DNA from: a virus
DNA length: 64,000 nt
IMG/VR virus record: IMGVR_UViG_3300032288_003288
Strand: one strand, 5' to 3'
Part shown: piece after piece, positions 36,688 to 45,759 of the stretch
How positions within the stretch are numbered: position 1 is the first letter of the stretch
Layout of the letters: every line of letters begins with the position of its first letter
Program-made: the position numbers and the translations under genes
Notes under the pieces: model-generated
What the model saw: the letters and a program-made list of their open reading frames with translations, nothing else
What the model was told of the DNA's origin: nothing
The model's database searches: none

Positions 36688-37034
36688 TGGTGGGCCAGTG
36701 AGGTATCGATCCTCCCCCGCGAACAAAGAAATCTTCGAGACTAGCCATCGACGTACACGTGCCAGACGAGGCCAGATTCCATAAGCTCGGATCCGACATG
36801 AACTGCATTGGGATTAGGAATGCTGTATCCAGTTCCGTACACATTGAAGACAACACTACTTGAAGGATACGACGAATCTTGCTCGACCCACATGGTCAGG
36901 TTTCCGTACTGCTCTGCAATCTTCAGGACCTTATATCCTGCAGGCAGATCGATCGAGTTGTATCCGAGCATCAGCTCATACTTGTAGATAACACGCATAT
37001 CGATTACTCCGAGAGCCACTGGCTTTACCGACCC
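36688..37034 (-). ncRNA. tRNA-like acceptor stem and T-arm enclosing a protein-coding ORF (tmRNA-like architecture)
   Basis: 5' GGGTCGG (37034-37028) pairs with 3' CTGGCCC-A-CCA (36698-36688); T-arm GGAGG-ATCGATA-CCTCA. Confidence 0.65.
36741..36998 (-). CDS. 85-aa conserved small phage protein nested in the tRNA-like RNA
   Basis: MRVIYKYEL...LPAG...VYGTG...VWHVY; SD GGAG 8 nt upstream of the ATG. Confidence 0.8.
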   Translation of the reverse strand: MRVIYKYELMLGYNSIDLPAGYKVLKIAEQYGNLTMWVEQDSSYPSSSVVFNVYGTGYSIPNPNAVHVGSELMESGLVWHVYVDG

Positions 37035-37038
37035 AAAC

Positions 37039-37114
<76 letters not shown>

Positions 37115-37119
37115 TAAAC

Positions 37120-37195
37120 TGGTGGACACTCTGGGGCTCGAACCCAGGACCTACAGGTTAAAAGCCCGTTGCTCTACCTACTGAGCTAAGTGTCC
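37120..37195 (-). tRNA. tRNA-Lys(TTT)
   Basis: ACGGG-CT-TTT-AA-CCTGT. Confidence 0.95.
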
Positions 37196-37196
37196 A

Positions 37197-37272
37197 TGGT
37201 GGAGACTGGGGGGATCGAACCCCCGACCTCAAGCTTGCAAAGCTAGCGCTCTCCCAACTGAGCTAAGTCCCC
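37197..37272 (-). tRNA. tRNA-Ala(TGC)
   Basis: TT-TGC-AA loop, G3:U70, CCA. Confidence 0.95.
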
Positions 37273-37282
37273 ATTAACCTAT

Positions 37283-37546
37283 TTACATCGCTGCCACACG
37301 ATTCATTATGGCAAGAACGTCGTCTGTCGACTGCCAGCCGACAATATCATCGTTATCACCAAGCTTAACCCAGTTACCATCAGCATCCCATGCAGCAACC
37401 TCGACCGAGCTAAAGCCCTGAGTCTGATTACCAGAACAGTACATGCCGTCGCCCATGGCGAGAGAGACGGTGTAGCCGTTCGGAAACTTCATCGAGAAGT
37501 TGCCCTTGGTGCGATTTAAGAACTGATCTACATTAACATGAAACAT
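37283..37546 (-). CDS. Hypothetical protein
   Basis: MFHVN...FPNGYTVS...EVAAW. Confidence 0.7.
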   Translation of the reverse strand: MFHVNVDQFLNRTKGNFSMKFPNGYTVSLAMGDGMYCSGNQTQGFSSVEVAAWDADGNWVKLGDNDDIVGWQSTDDVLAIMNRVAAM

Positions 37547-37547
37547 C

Positions 37548-37778
37548 TTACATCTCCACCATGCGTTCATATTCATAACGTTCGGCGCGCTCTTCGTAGA
37601 TGCGCTCGACGAACTCTGAATAGATTCGACCAAGATCGCTAAAGTCATCCATAATGCCGCGCTCTTCAAGAGCAGTAAAGAACTGCCCAAGAGTCATGTG
37701 CATAAGTTCGTCAGAGATCTCTTCAAAGATCATATCGTTGTTCAGATCAGACATGTCACGAAGTTCAGAAACAGTCAT
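37548..37778 (-). CDS. Small acidic hypothetical protein
   Basis: ORF with SD. Confidence 0.65.
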   Translation of the reverse strand: MTVSELRDMSDLNNDMIFEEISDELMHMTLGQFFTALEERGIMDDFSDLGRIYSEFVERIYEERAERYEYERMVEM

Positions 37779-37796
37779 CTTATCCCACCTAATCCG

Positions 37797-37970
37797 TTAA
37801 ATCTTTTTAAGAGCTTTAACATTATAATGCATTAAGCCACCAGCATCAAGTTCTACTTCGCAGGTGGAACCTAAGATATCTATTACAGTGCCGATAAGAC
37901 CGCTCGGCGTCTTGACGCGGTCGCCGATGAGGATCGTCTTGGGATAAGCCATGTTTTCTTCCTTCTTCAT
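37797..37970 (-). CDS. KOW/SH3-like small early protein (not in ORF track)
   Basis: MKKEENMAYPKTILIGDRVKTPSGLIGTVIDILG...; promoter 37980-38008. Confidence 0.6.
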   Translation of the reverse strand: MKKEENMAYPKTILIGDRVKTPSGLIGTVIDILGSTCEVELDAGGLMHYNVKALKKI

Positions 37971-38029
37971 TATAGGCCTATCCTACCAAAGTTTTGATAA
38001 TAAGTAAACCCTAAAAATGAACAAGGCAT

Positions 38030-38063
38030 AAAAAAACGGGGGCAGCTAGGCCACCCCCGTTTT
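38030..38063 (-). terminator. Intrinsic terminator
   Basis: aaacggggg...cccccgttt hairpin with an A-run on the plus strand. Confidence 0.7.
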
Positions 38064-38083
38064 GGTGGTTTTAAGCTATAAAC

Positions 38084-38350
38084 TTAGGCGTTAGCCATCG
38101 CGCGGTAGCCCGCAGCGATCACCGAGCGCGAAGGCTGACCGAGACGATACTTCGTCTTCAGCTCACCCTTGCTGTTGGTGCGCTTATTGGCATAGATCGG
38201 GAAACCCTTCTGACGCAGGGCAGTGATAGCGCCGCGGACAGAGTTGTCAGACGAGAAGCCGAAGCGGCTGACCATCTGCTTCTGAGTGAGTTCGTCGCCG
38301 TTCTGAAAAGCTTCCAGAAGGTTCTCGATCTTGGTGTTTGCTTTAGTCAT
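38084..38350 (-). CDS. Winged-HTH DNA-binding protein
   Basis: LT..Q..SRFG....VR..I..LR.KGFPIY...YRLG. Confidence 0.75.
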   Translation of the reverse strand: MTKANTKIENLLEAFQNGDELTQKQMVSRFGFSSDNSVRGAITALRQKGFPIYANKRTNSKGELKTKYRLGQPSRSVIAAGYRAMANA

Positions 38351-38508
38351 AGTTACCTCATATCAAAATGTAAGTGGTGGGCACTTACTACCCATAGACA
38401 TAATGAAGGATGTCTGTTTCTTCATTATGATCCTATCCTATCATAAAAATGAGAATATGTACATGTTTAATTTAATTTTTTTTATCTAACCATTTCAAAG
38501 ACTTAAGA

Positions 38509-38582
38509 TGGATGCCCCAGCTGGACTCGAACCAACATTGACGGAATCAAAATCCGCTGTCCTACCTTTAGACGATGGGGCA
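38509..38582 (-). tRNA. tRNA-Gln(TTG)
   Basis: GCGGA-TT-TTG-AT-TCCGT, U1-A72. Confidence 0.93.
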
Positions 38583-38588
38583 GGCAGG

Positions 38589-38828
38589 TCAGTCTAGACC
38601 TAAAGCTGCCTTATAGGTCTCCAGAAGAGCCTCAGCCTCCATACGTGCATCACGCTCCATCTTACGCAGCTTGACGATACTCTTCATAGTCTTGGTGTCG
38701 TAGCCGTTTGACTTGGCTTCAGAGTAGACGTCCTTGATGTCGTCAGAGATGCCCTTCTTCTCTTCTTCAAGTCGCTCGATACGTTCAATGAACAGACGCA
38801 GCTGTTCTGCAGTAACTTCGTATGCCAT
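38589..38828 (-). CDS. gapR: GapR-like (DUF2312) nucleoid-associated protein
   Basis: [37 protein letters not shown]. Confidence 0.93.
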   Translation of the reverse strand: MAYEVTAEQLRLFIERIERLEEEKKGISDDIKDVYSEAKSNGYDTKTMKSIVKLRKMERDARMEAEALLETYKAALGLD

Positions 38829-38850
38829 AATATCTCCATCATTAAAAAAT

Positions 38851-38940
38851 TGGAGGAAGCGGTGGGATTCGAACCCACGGTACCCGTGAAGGTACGCCAG
38901 TTTTCAAGACTGGATCCTTAAACCACTCGGACACGCTTCC
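38851..38940 (-). tRNA. tRNA-Ser(TGA)
   Basis: CCAGT-CT-TGA-AA-ACTGG, long variable arm. Confidence 0.95.
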
Positions 38941-39015
38941 TGGTACCCGGTGACGGGATTGAACCGCCGACCTTATCCGTGTAAAGGATCTGCTCTACCG
39001 CTGAGCTAACCGGGC
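38941..39015 (-). tRNA. tRNA-Val(TAC)
   Basis: TT-TAC-AC loop. Confidence 0.93.
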
Positions 39016-39022
39016 ATTAACT

Positions 39023-39105
39023 TGGTGCGAGTAGAGGGACTCGAACCCCCACGGTTGCCCGTCTGGACCTAAACCAGGTGCGTCTACCAATTTCGCCATA
39101 CTCGC
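39023..39105 (-). tRNA. tRNA-Leu(TAG)
   Basis: TT-TAG-GT loop, variable arm. Confidence 0.92.
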
Positions 39106-39111
39106 ATTTTT

Positions 39112-39185
39112 TGGAGCGGGGTACGGGAATCGAACCCGTCTCGTCAGCTTGGAAGGCTGTCATAATACCACTATACCAACCCCGC
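39112..39185 (-). tRNA. tRNA-Gly(TCC)
   Basis: CT-TCC-AA loop, U73. Confidence 0.93.
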
Positions 39186-39779
39186 CTACTCTACTTCGTA
39201 GAACTTATCAAACGTATCTAGATCTCCTAGAGACCAGCGTGGTCGTCCTTTAGTCCATGTTAACATAGGCCTATATATGCCGCGCCTAAATATAGTTAAA
39301 TTACTCATGACATTGTTTTTTGCGACAGGGTTGATGTAGAACTCTTCTATCTCATAGAGATGATCTAGATGGAAAGACATGGCCTGTTTTAGATAGTGCC
39401 TTCTGGTAGTATCATGAAAGATAATGATACCATCAGGACATAGGTTTTGCCAAAGTCTGCTGGCGTCGCTGTATCTAGTCGTATTTTTTCCGTCTATAAA
39501 GATCAGATCGAACATTTCCCCAGAATTGAAAGTTTCGGTGGTATAGAAAGAGACGTTAGTACATCCTAAAATGTCTAGTCTCCTTTTTGTGGCGTCCTTC
39601 CAACGTGGATTATCTTCAATAGACACGACTCGCTGAGCAGTCTGAGCAAAGATCATAGTAGATCCTCCAGCTCCTGCTTCTAGAACGTTGTAAGCTTTCT
39701 TGCCATAAGATGCCAAGATGTCGGCGTCTTCGTTAGACAAACTACCTACCCACTTTATACCTCTAATACTGTCTAACAT
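39186..39779 (-). CDS. Class I SAM-dependent methyltransferase
   Basis: VLEAGAGGST, SIED, FDLIFIDG, IIFHD. Confidence 0.8.
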   Translation of the reverse strand: MLDSIRGIKWVGSLSNEDADILASYGKKAYNVLEAGAGGSTMIFAQTAQRVVSIEDNPRWKDATKRRLDILGCTNVSFYTTETFNSGEMFDLIFIDGKNTTRYSDASRLWQNLCPDGIIIFHDTTRRHYLKQAMSFHLDHLYEIEEFYINPVAKNNVMSNLTIFRRGIYRPMLTWTKGRPRWSLGDLDTFDKFYEVE

Positions 39780-39792
39780 TCTTTTTCCGATG

Positions 39793-39868
39793 TGGTACTC
39801 CCGGCAGGACTCGAACCTGCAACCTAACCGTTATGAGCGGTCAGCTCTGACCATTGAGCTACAGGAGT
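39793..39868 (-). tRNA. tRNA(CAT), Met or Ile2
   Basis: GACCG-CT-CAT-AA-CGGTT; lacks initiator features. Confidence 0.9.
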
Positions 39869-39872
39869 GTGA

Positions 39873-39950
39873 TGGCGATCCCGGCAGGATTCGAACCTGC
39901 GACCCCAAGCTTAGAAGGCTCGTGCTCTGATCCAGCTGAGCTACGGGACC
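39873..39950 (-). tRNA. tRNA-Arg(TCT)
   Basis: CGAGC-CT-TCT-AA-GCTTG. Confidence 0.93.
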
Positions 39951-39957
39951 ATTAAGC

Positions 39958-40128
39958 TTAGATCCTGTTGTTCAGCCTGTGCAGCAGATTGACTATCTGT
40001 CTCTCTTCATTCGCCGAGATAGGATCGGTCGTGTTATGCACAAATGCCATGAGAGCGCGCTTGATCAACTCTATATCTGACGTAGCAAATACGCCGCCCT
40101 TAGATTCTTTAGGTGCCTTATATTCCAT
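39958..40128 (-). CDS. 56-aa protein, paralog of the upstream ORF (not in ORF track)
   Basis: MEYKAPKESKGGVFATSDIELIKRAL...NLLHRLN. Confidence 0.65.
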   Translation of the reverse strand: MEYKAPKESKGGVFATSDIELIKRALMAFVHNTTDPISANEERQIVNLLHRLNNRI

Positions 40129-40137
40129 AATACTCTC

Positions 40138-40341
40138 TCAGTTAAGTCGACTTAGAAGATCTGCTATCTTGGTCAGATCGTCATGGTCTGTGTACTCTTG
40201 TTTTATGGCAGCCGCGTAGACTGCCAAGGCTCTCTTGACTACAGGAACGTCAGAAGGCACGAATGTCCCGCTCTTAAGTTCACGCGGGATATCCATACCG
40301 AATGCGTCAGTGTTTCTAGAACGACCTACAGTTTCACCCAT
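40138..40341 (-). CDS. Small hypothetical protein
   Basis: PRELKSGTFVPSDVPVVKRAL...DLLSRLN. Confidence 0.65.
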   Translation of the reverse strand: MGETVGRSRNTDAFGMDIPRELKSGTFVPSDVPVVKRALAVYAAAIKQEYTDHDDLTKIADLLSRLN

Positions 40342-40525
40342 AGTTGCTCGACTTTGCTTCGATGAGCCAGCAGTTAGCTGACTCCATCCAGTTGATCTCA
40401 ACTTCATCAAGCTTTTCTCCACGACGCTGCGCGTTGAGAAGTTGACAAAACGTACGTTCCACGGCCACAGGATTGTCCATGGTAGGAAAGTTATATACTC
40501 TTACTTCAGTCATGATAACCTCCAT
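40334..40525 (-). CDS. Small hypothetical protein
   Basis: ORF with a GGAGG SD before the internal ATG. Confidence 0.6.
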   Translation of the reverse strand: MEVIMTEVRVYNFPTMDNPVAVERTFCQLLNAQRRGEKLDEVEINWMESANCWLIEAKSSNYG

Positions 40526-40553
40526 ATACTATGTATATGCTACAGTAAATGCT

Positions 40554-40850
40554 TTAGCGGCTATACACGGTAAAATGAGTTGCATCGGCAAGCAGACAGT
40601 CCTGCATAGCGCGGATTCTGCAGCGCTTGTAGGTGTGGCCACCGACGCCGGTCATGGTGCGACCGATAGAAACGGCACGAGGACCGCGATAGCGCAGACG
40701 GACAGGAATGCCAGCAGCGCGATAGGCCGCGAGTACAGTCTCACGCATTTCGATCGGCACCCAATAGGCGCGGACGCTGTCATAAAAATCAGCGTTGGCG
40801 GGCACGGTGTAGGTCGATTCAATCTGTTGAACGGTCATAACAATCTCCAT
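40554..40850 (-). CDS. Early hypothetical protein
   Basis: RLRYRGPR; promoter 40862-40890. Confidence 0.65.
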   Translation of the reverse strand: MEIVMTVQQIESTYTVPANADFYDSVRAYWVPIEMRETVLAAYRAAGIPVRLRYRGPRAVSIGRTMTGVGGHTYKRCRIRAMQDCLLADATHFTVYSR

Positions 40851-40948
40851 TTGATAGGTCCACCTTACTATACTTTTCAGAATATGTACATGCTTAAAGC
40901 GCCTTTATAGAGGACCTTCTCAAGTTCTAGCACCGCCTCCCGGTCCTC

Positions 40949-41940
40949 TTACTCGCCCGCCTCGATGGCGCTGCGTATTGCGGCTGACGTGTCAGCGCAA
41001 CCAATGTCGAACCACTCCGCTTGCTCTTCGGTCCATCCAGCGGCGGGTTTCAACGGGTTTTCTTCGTAGCGTTTGACGAGCGCCACCACTGCCGCCCGTT
41101 CCGCCTCCCTGCCGCGCTGTTCGGCGTCTGCGCAGTTCACGCAATGGTCAACGAACTTCTGCATCGCTGCCTCCCAGCTTGGCGAGGAAGTCGCGGGCTA
41201 TTGGCGCGGCACTGTGAGGGCCAAGTGGCGGGGCCTTCGTTATCCGTTCACACGCGGCCTTCGCCTCCTCCACCAGCGCTTTCAGGCGCGCTACGTCCTC
41301 AAGTGCCTCAAGGATTGACGAGTAGCCCAACCGTTGCGCTTCCTCACGCATCATGCGTGCAGTCGTCGCATCAGGCTCAATCCTCGCATTCTCTGCCGCC
41401 ATGGCTGCGAGGGCGTCGGCGGCTTCAGCAAAATACGCAATGTCGGCTTTGTTGCGGAGGTATGGCAATCGCGCCCGCAGCCGCTCAATCAGCCCCTGCA
41501 CATCGGTGTTGTCGTCGCTCATAGTCCCTCCAGTGCCTTGCGGGCGATGTCCATAAGGACCGCCCCGTCTCTGTGCAGAGCCGTGGATTTTACACCCTCC
41601 AACGCCTCCCGCATGGTCTCGTTCTCTGCCCGCAGCCGCCGCAGTTCAGCGATCAGGGCGGGCGTCATCTCCCAGCACACAAGTTCGTCTCTGGCGCCCC
41701 ATGCGCTTTCGAGCGCGTCGAGGTCAGCCTTCATTGCTGCAACTCCCATGACCAGTAGAGGGGCCAGAATGCGGCGGCGGGGAATGCTTCAAAGGCGATT
41801 TGCGCACTTTCGCACTCTCTCCAGACAGTATTTCCGTAGTTTGGACAAACCTTCGGCTGCGATGCCGAATGCCCGAACGTGAACAGCGCCATTGCTACCC
41901 ACAGGCCCAGCGCGATGGCTTTCAGCCTAGCCGCGCTCAT
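40949..41940 (-). other. GC-rich island of four short coupled ORFs (40949-41164, 41148-41522, 41519-41749, 41731-41940)
   Basis: Visibly higher GC than the flanks; Ala/Arg/Glu-rich ORFs of temperate-phage type. Confidence 0.65.
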
Positions 41941-42016
41941 TGTCCGGCCTCCCGATCGATCCATGCGCGGATGGCATCGGCTGCTAAATATGTTTCGGTG
42001 TTGTCGTCATCCTTCA

Positions 42017-42526
42017 TTATGCATCCTCCATCTCGTCAAGGAGAACGCGAAGTTCTCCATCATCCAGAGCAAACTGCCCATTAATAAGCTCCCACGAAGC
42101 GGTGTAGTTCTCACGACCAGCGGCAGGAACCATGACGTAGCTTTCAAACTTCGTCTTGATCTCACGACGCATCGAGCCACCGTATTCACCTGTGTTGTCG
42201 ATCTCACGACGAGCAACCCAGGTGCCATCGGAATAGAACAGGCGGAACGGAGTCTCCCATTCCTCACCCTCAGGAGCATCGTCGCTGACGACCTCGGCCG
42301 AGAGGATGTATTCCCGGAAGGACTCGTTGTTCTCTTCGATGAGAGAGGTGAGGGTAGGAATACCATCACGCTCAATACGAGCCTTCTGCGAGGGGGTGAT
42401 GTTATCGACCACGAAGGTCGAACCACCCTTGAACTTCCAACGCTGCGGGCATGCACCCCGACCGTCCCAATCATGGGCGCCGTAGTTTTCGCAGATCTGA
42501 GTGTTGATAACGAGCTTCATAACCAA
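42017..42526 (-). CDS. Conserved hypothetical protein
   Basis: TQICENYGAHDWDGRGACPQRWKFKGG; promoter 42545-42573. Confidence 0.75.
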   Translation of the reverse strand: MVMKLVINTQICENYGAHDWDGRGACPQRWKFKGGSTFVVDNITPSQKARIERDGIPTLTSLIEENNESFREYILSAEVVSDDAPEGEEWETPFRLFYSDGTWVARREIDNTGEYGGSMRREIKTKFESYVMVPAAGRENYTASWELINGQFALDDGELRVLLDEMEDA

Positions 42527-42583
42527 TCTCCGTGTTTATAATTCAATCTACACCACTTTTGAAAATAAGTACATGCCCTATTT

Positions 42584-42805
42584 TCACCAATCTCGAGCGT
42601 TAAGTCTCTGCTCGTGGAGGAGATTTGCGGTCTCCTTGAAGTGACGGATAGCAGCAGCTCGAGTCTTGACATTGTACTCCGCCAGCTCCTTGGCCATTTC
42701 AGGCACCTCTCGGCACTCGACGATGAAGTCCCAGCCATCCTTGTTATAGTTCTCCAAGGCATGATCATAGACAGCCTGAGCATGAGTAAGGTACATATCC
42801 GACAT
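42584..42805 (-). CDS. Small hypothetical protein
   Basis: HALENYNKDGWDFIVEC. Confidence 0.65.
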   Translation of the reverse strand: MSDMYLTHAQAVYDHALENYNKDGWDFIVECREVPEMAKELAEYNVKTRAAAIRHFKETANLLHEQRLNARDW

Positions 42806-42806
42806 A

Positions 42807-43049
42807 TTAATATCCTTCCGTATGCATTTGAATGCCTTCGATGCGAGGTGAGATCGTCTTGGCAGAGTACTGCACTCCGTCGATCTCGAAGAAGTGTCGA
42901 CCACCGACCGGCCCAACCTTTTCCCAACGAAGCTTGAGAGCTTCACCTTCACGGAAAGGGCTAATGCCGTGAGTCCAAGGGCGACCAGTCCGGAGCTCAA
43001 AGGCTCCGCCGGAGAGGTTGGTGATCATGTTTGCTTCCTTCTTCATCAT
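42807..43049 (-). CDS. Early small hypothetical protein
   Basis: MMKKEANM leader; promoter 43056-43084. Confidence 0.65.
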   Translation of the reverse strand: MMKKEANMITNLSGGAFELRTGRPWTHGISPFREGEALKLRWEKVGPVGGRHFFEIDGVQYSAKTISPRIEGIQMHTEGY

Positions 43050-43143
43050 GGTCCTACCTTACCCTCTTTTTCAGAATAAGTACACAAAAAAACGCGCTCA
43101 GAACCAGCCAAGCGCGTTTTTATTTTGCTTTAGAATCAAAGAC

Positions 43144-43548
43144 TTATTTTTTGGCTCTGCCGATGTTGTACTTGGCTACGAGTTTCCAGTCGTCTTTTTC
43201 CTTAAAAGGAAGGATCTTGATCTGTGAAAGGGGTGACACAGGATCTGAGGCAGCCTCAGGATTTGCAATCTTGACCAGTGCCCAATCTTCAAGCAGCTTG
43301 GCAATGGTATTGCGTCTGCCTTTGTCCTCATCTGAGAAGTTTGTAGGCTTGCCGTCCAGAGCGAACAGCTCCTTAAAATGGACGATGGCGTATCTACCTT
43401 GCTTGTGCAGGATATGACAAGACTGATAGAGAATGTTCTCTTTCCTTGAAGCGACTCCGATTCTGGTCAGTGTTTCGCGTACTTTTAGGAAGTCGTCTTC
43501 GTGGCCGAGAGTGATCTCGACCCCGACCCCGTTAAAAATATCTGTCAT
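43144..43548 (-). CDS. regA: Translational repressor RegA
   Basis: DFLKVRETLTRIGVAS...LYQSCHILHKQG.Y.IVHFKE. Confidence 0.97.
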   Translation of the reverse strand: MTDIFNGVGVEITLGHEDDFLKVRETLTRIGVASRKENILYQSCHILHKQGRYAIVHFKELFALDGKPTNFSDEDKGRRNTIAKLLEDWALVKIANPEAASDPVSPLSQIKILPFKEKDDWKLVAKYNIGRAKK

Positions 43549-43922
43549 TTCTTTGCACTCTCTATCTTTTCTCTCATAACTTTTAGTTGCTCTGATGAAA
43601 GAAGAGTGAGAGCTGACTTTGCTTTGTCAATGCTGTACCCAAAACACTGCATGACCAACGTCAGATCACTGTCTTCTTTCTTCTTCGCCCACTTACTGAA
43701 TCGCTTTCGGGGCCTGACTATATTTATAAGATAGTGATACTGCAGTTTTGAGTCGAGATGATGGTTGAGGTTCATCTCGTTAGCATAGAGAATCGTGTCT
43801 GTAAAGTATGACAGACCACGGTTGACGATATAGGCGTTATACTCCTTCTCAGATTGAGGATCCTGCATCAGATCCTTTTTGTTCTGACTGATAGAGTTGA
43901 TGAAATCAAACGGCGTCGTCAT
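43545..43922 (-). CDS. 62: Clamp loader small subunit gp62
   Basis: PFDFINSI, YNAYIVNRGLS, KRFSKW; synteny. Confidence 0.92.
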   Translation of the reverse strand: MTTPFDFINSISQNKKDLMQDPQSEKEYNAYIVNRGLSYFTDTILYANEMNLNHHLDSKLQYHYLINIVRPRKRFSKWAKKKEDSDLTLVMQCFGYSIDKAKSALTLLSSEQLKVMREKIESAKK

Positions 43923-44121
43923 CGTTCTCGTCCTTCTTACCGTTCAATACCTCAGCGGATTTCTCGAAGAAACGAGTACACTCTTGACATATCAAGACAT
44001 CATGAGTCCCGTCTGCTGTGTTTAGACGCAGCTCATGAAACTTCTCTGCATATGGACGCTTGGCCTGACATATTGGACACTCTTTCTTCTTTTCGCGGAA
44101 TAAGAATGGTATCATTTCCAA
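43906..44121 (-). CDS. Small Zn-finger protein
   Basis: CPIC...CQEC. Confidence 0.6.
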   Translation of the reverse strand: MEMIPFLFREKKKECPICQAKRPYAEKFHELRLNTADGTHDVLICQECTRFFEKSAEVLNGKKDENDDDAV

Positions 44122-45050
44122 GCTGCCTCCATCATGATCTCTGTCAGACAGCAGACCAGATTGATCTCTGCATCAGCGACAAAAGCATGCTGATACTGAT
44201 ACTTGCCGATGATCAAGATGACCAACGGTACGGAGTCCTTTTGTAAGTGCTGGCTGGCCTGATCGTAAAACTTACGATAGATGTCGCTGACATCGCTGTC
44301 TGTGTTCTCTGCAACCCACTTACGCATATTCGTAAAGTCGCGGTTCTTGAGATGATCGACCAGAGTCTTGAGAGACACTTCGCCGATGTTGATCAGGATG
44401 CCAGTGTCGATCTTGCCAGTGGCAGAGTAGCGCTGCAGTTCGTTGATCACTCGACGCCAGTCAGGGAAGTGGCGCTTGATCAGCTCTGCTACCACAGCCT
44501 TGTCAAACTCCACCTTCTCGGTCTGTAGGATGTTGCAGACACGAAGCATGAAAGACTTGGCCAGTTCAGGCAGCTCAGCCTTACGGATCTTGAAGTCTAC
44601 CACAGAACACCGAGAATGGAGAGGCTCGATGATGCGGTTCTTGAAGTTACACGTCAGAATGAAGCCGCAGTTCTTGCTAAACTCTTCCATGAAGTTGCGC
44701 AGAGCTGGCTGAGTAGAGTTGGCATTGAGATAGTCGGCCTCGTCGAGGATGACATACTTTCGACCGCCAGCCAGAGAGACTGACGATGCAAAGTTACGAA
44801 TCTCGTTGCGCAGCGTATCGATGTTGCCGTTCATCGAGCCGTTGATGACGATGTAGTCACATCCAAGCTCTTCGAGCATGGCACGTGCAACTGTGGTCTT
44901 GCCGATACCAGCAGGACCACTGAGCAGGAGATTAGGAATGTTCTTTTGATCTACGAACTGTTGGAATGTCTCCTTCAGTTCAGGCGTAAGGATCGTATCA
45001 GCGATCGTTTTAGGGCGATACTTTTCCACCCACAGGAATTCTTCTAGCAT
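44112..45050 (-). CDS. 44: Clamp loader ATPase gp44
   Basis: LWVEKYRP, GPAGIGKT, DEAD, SRC. Confidence 0.97.
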   Translation of the reverse strand: MLEEFLWVEKYRPKTIADTILTPELKETFQQFVDQKNIPNLLLSGPAGIGKTTVARAMLEELGCDYIVINGSMNGNIDTLRNEIRNFASSVSLAGGRKYVILDEADYLNANSTQPALRNFMEEFSKNCGFILTCNFKNRIIEPLHSRCSVVDFKIRKAELPELAKSFMLRVCNILQTEKVEFDKAVVAELIKRHFPDWRRVINELQRYSATGKIDTGILINIGEVSLKTLVDHLKNRDFTNMRKWVAENTDSDVSDIYRKFYDQASQHLQKDSVPLVILIIGKYQYQHAFVADAEINLVCCLTEIMMEAAWK

Positions 45051-45759
45051 TCTTCACTTCCTCCATAATATCATACTTAGGTTGCCAGCCTAAGCTCAAC
45101 AAAAGACTGGTGTCGGCGTGTGTCACGTCGCGTTCACCAGTAACACTCTTCATAGGCAGCTCTAGGCCATAGGCTTCGGCAACGTCTGCTACCTTTACAG
45201 GATTGCCTGTGCCAATGTCTATTGTACCACAAAGATCATGATTTGAAATGCATAATTCAATGGCATCACAAACATCTTTGACGTGTGTCCAGTCTCTGAG
45301 ATGGTCAGTCACATACTTGACTTTGCCGTTCAGCATCATGTCATAGAACATGTCTGGCCTGCTGTTATGCCCGTATACCGTATGGAATCTCATACCCAAT
45401 GAGTTTTCATTGGCAACTTCTTCCATTGCTTTCTTTGAAGCAGCATACGGGTTCAACCACCACTCGTAGACAGAGGACGAAGAGGCATACAGACACCGTA
45501 TACCTCTATCGTTGCACCAATCAAATATCTTCTTGGAAGCTGAGACGTTGACTTCCCAATAATCGTTGGGCATGTCCCAGCTTCTACGAACACCAGCCAA
45601 AGCAGCAAGATGCAACACCACGTCAGGGTTACCGAGATATTCTTTTCCCCAATCTCGAATGTCACCCTGATACAGTGTTACATCGTGCTTGTCTTTTAGA
45701 TGGCGCAGGACATTACGACCGATAAAGCCTTCGTGTCCAGTGATTAAGATATTCAGCAT
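45010..45759 (-). CDS. NAD-dependent epimerase/dehydratase
   Basis: TGHEGFIG, HLAA, ASSSSVY, YAASK. Confidence 0.9.
   Translation of the reverse strand: MLNILITGHEGFIGRNVLRHLKDKHDVTLYQGDIRDWGKEYLGNPDVVLHLAALAGVRRSWDMPNDYWEVNVSASKKIFDWCNDRGIRCLYASSSSVYEWWLNPYAASKKAMEEVANENSLGMRFHTVYGHNSRPDMFYDMMLNGKVKYVTDHLRDWTHVKDVCDAIELCISNHDLCGTIDIGTGNPVKVADVAEAYGLELPMKSVTGERDVTHADTSLLLSLGWQPKYDIMEEVKNARRIPVGGKVSP

Noticed and set aside
36688-37034. Canonical tmRNA (ssrA)
   Set aside because: No G3:U70 alanine identity pair and no short tag frame recognised; the interior is a full SD-led ORF. Kept as a tRNA-like finding instead.
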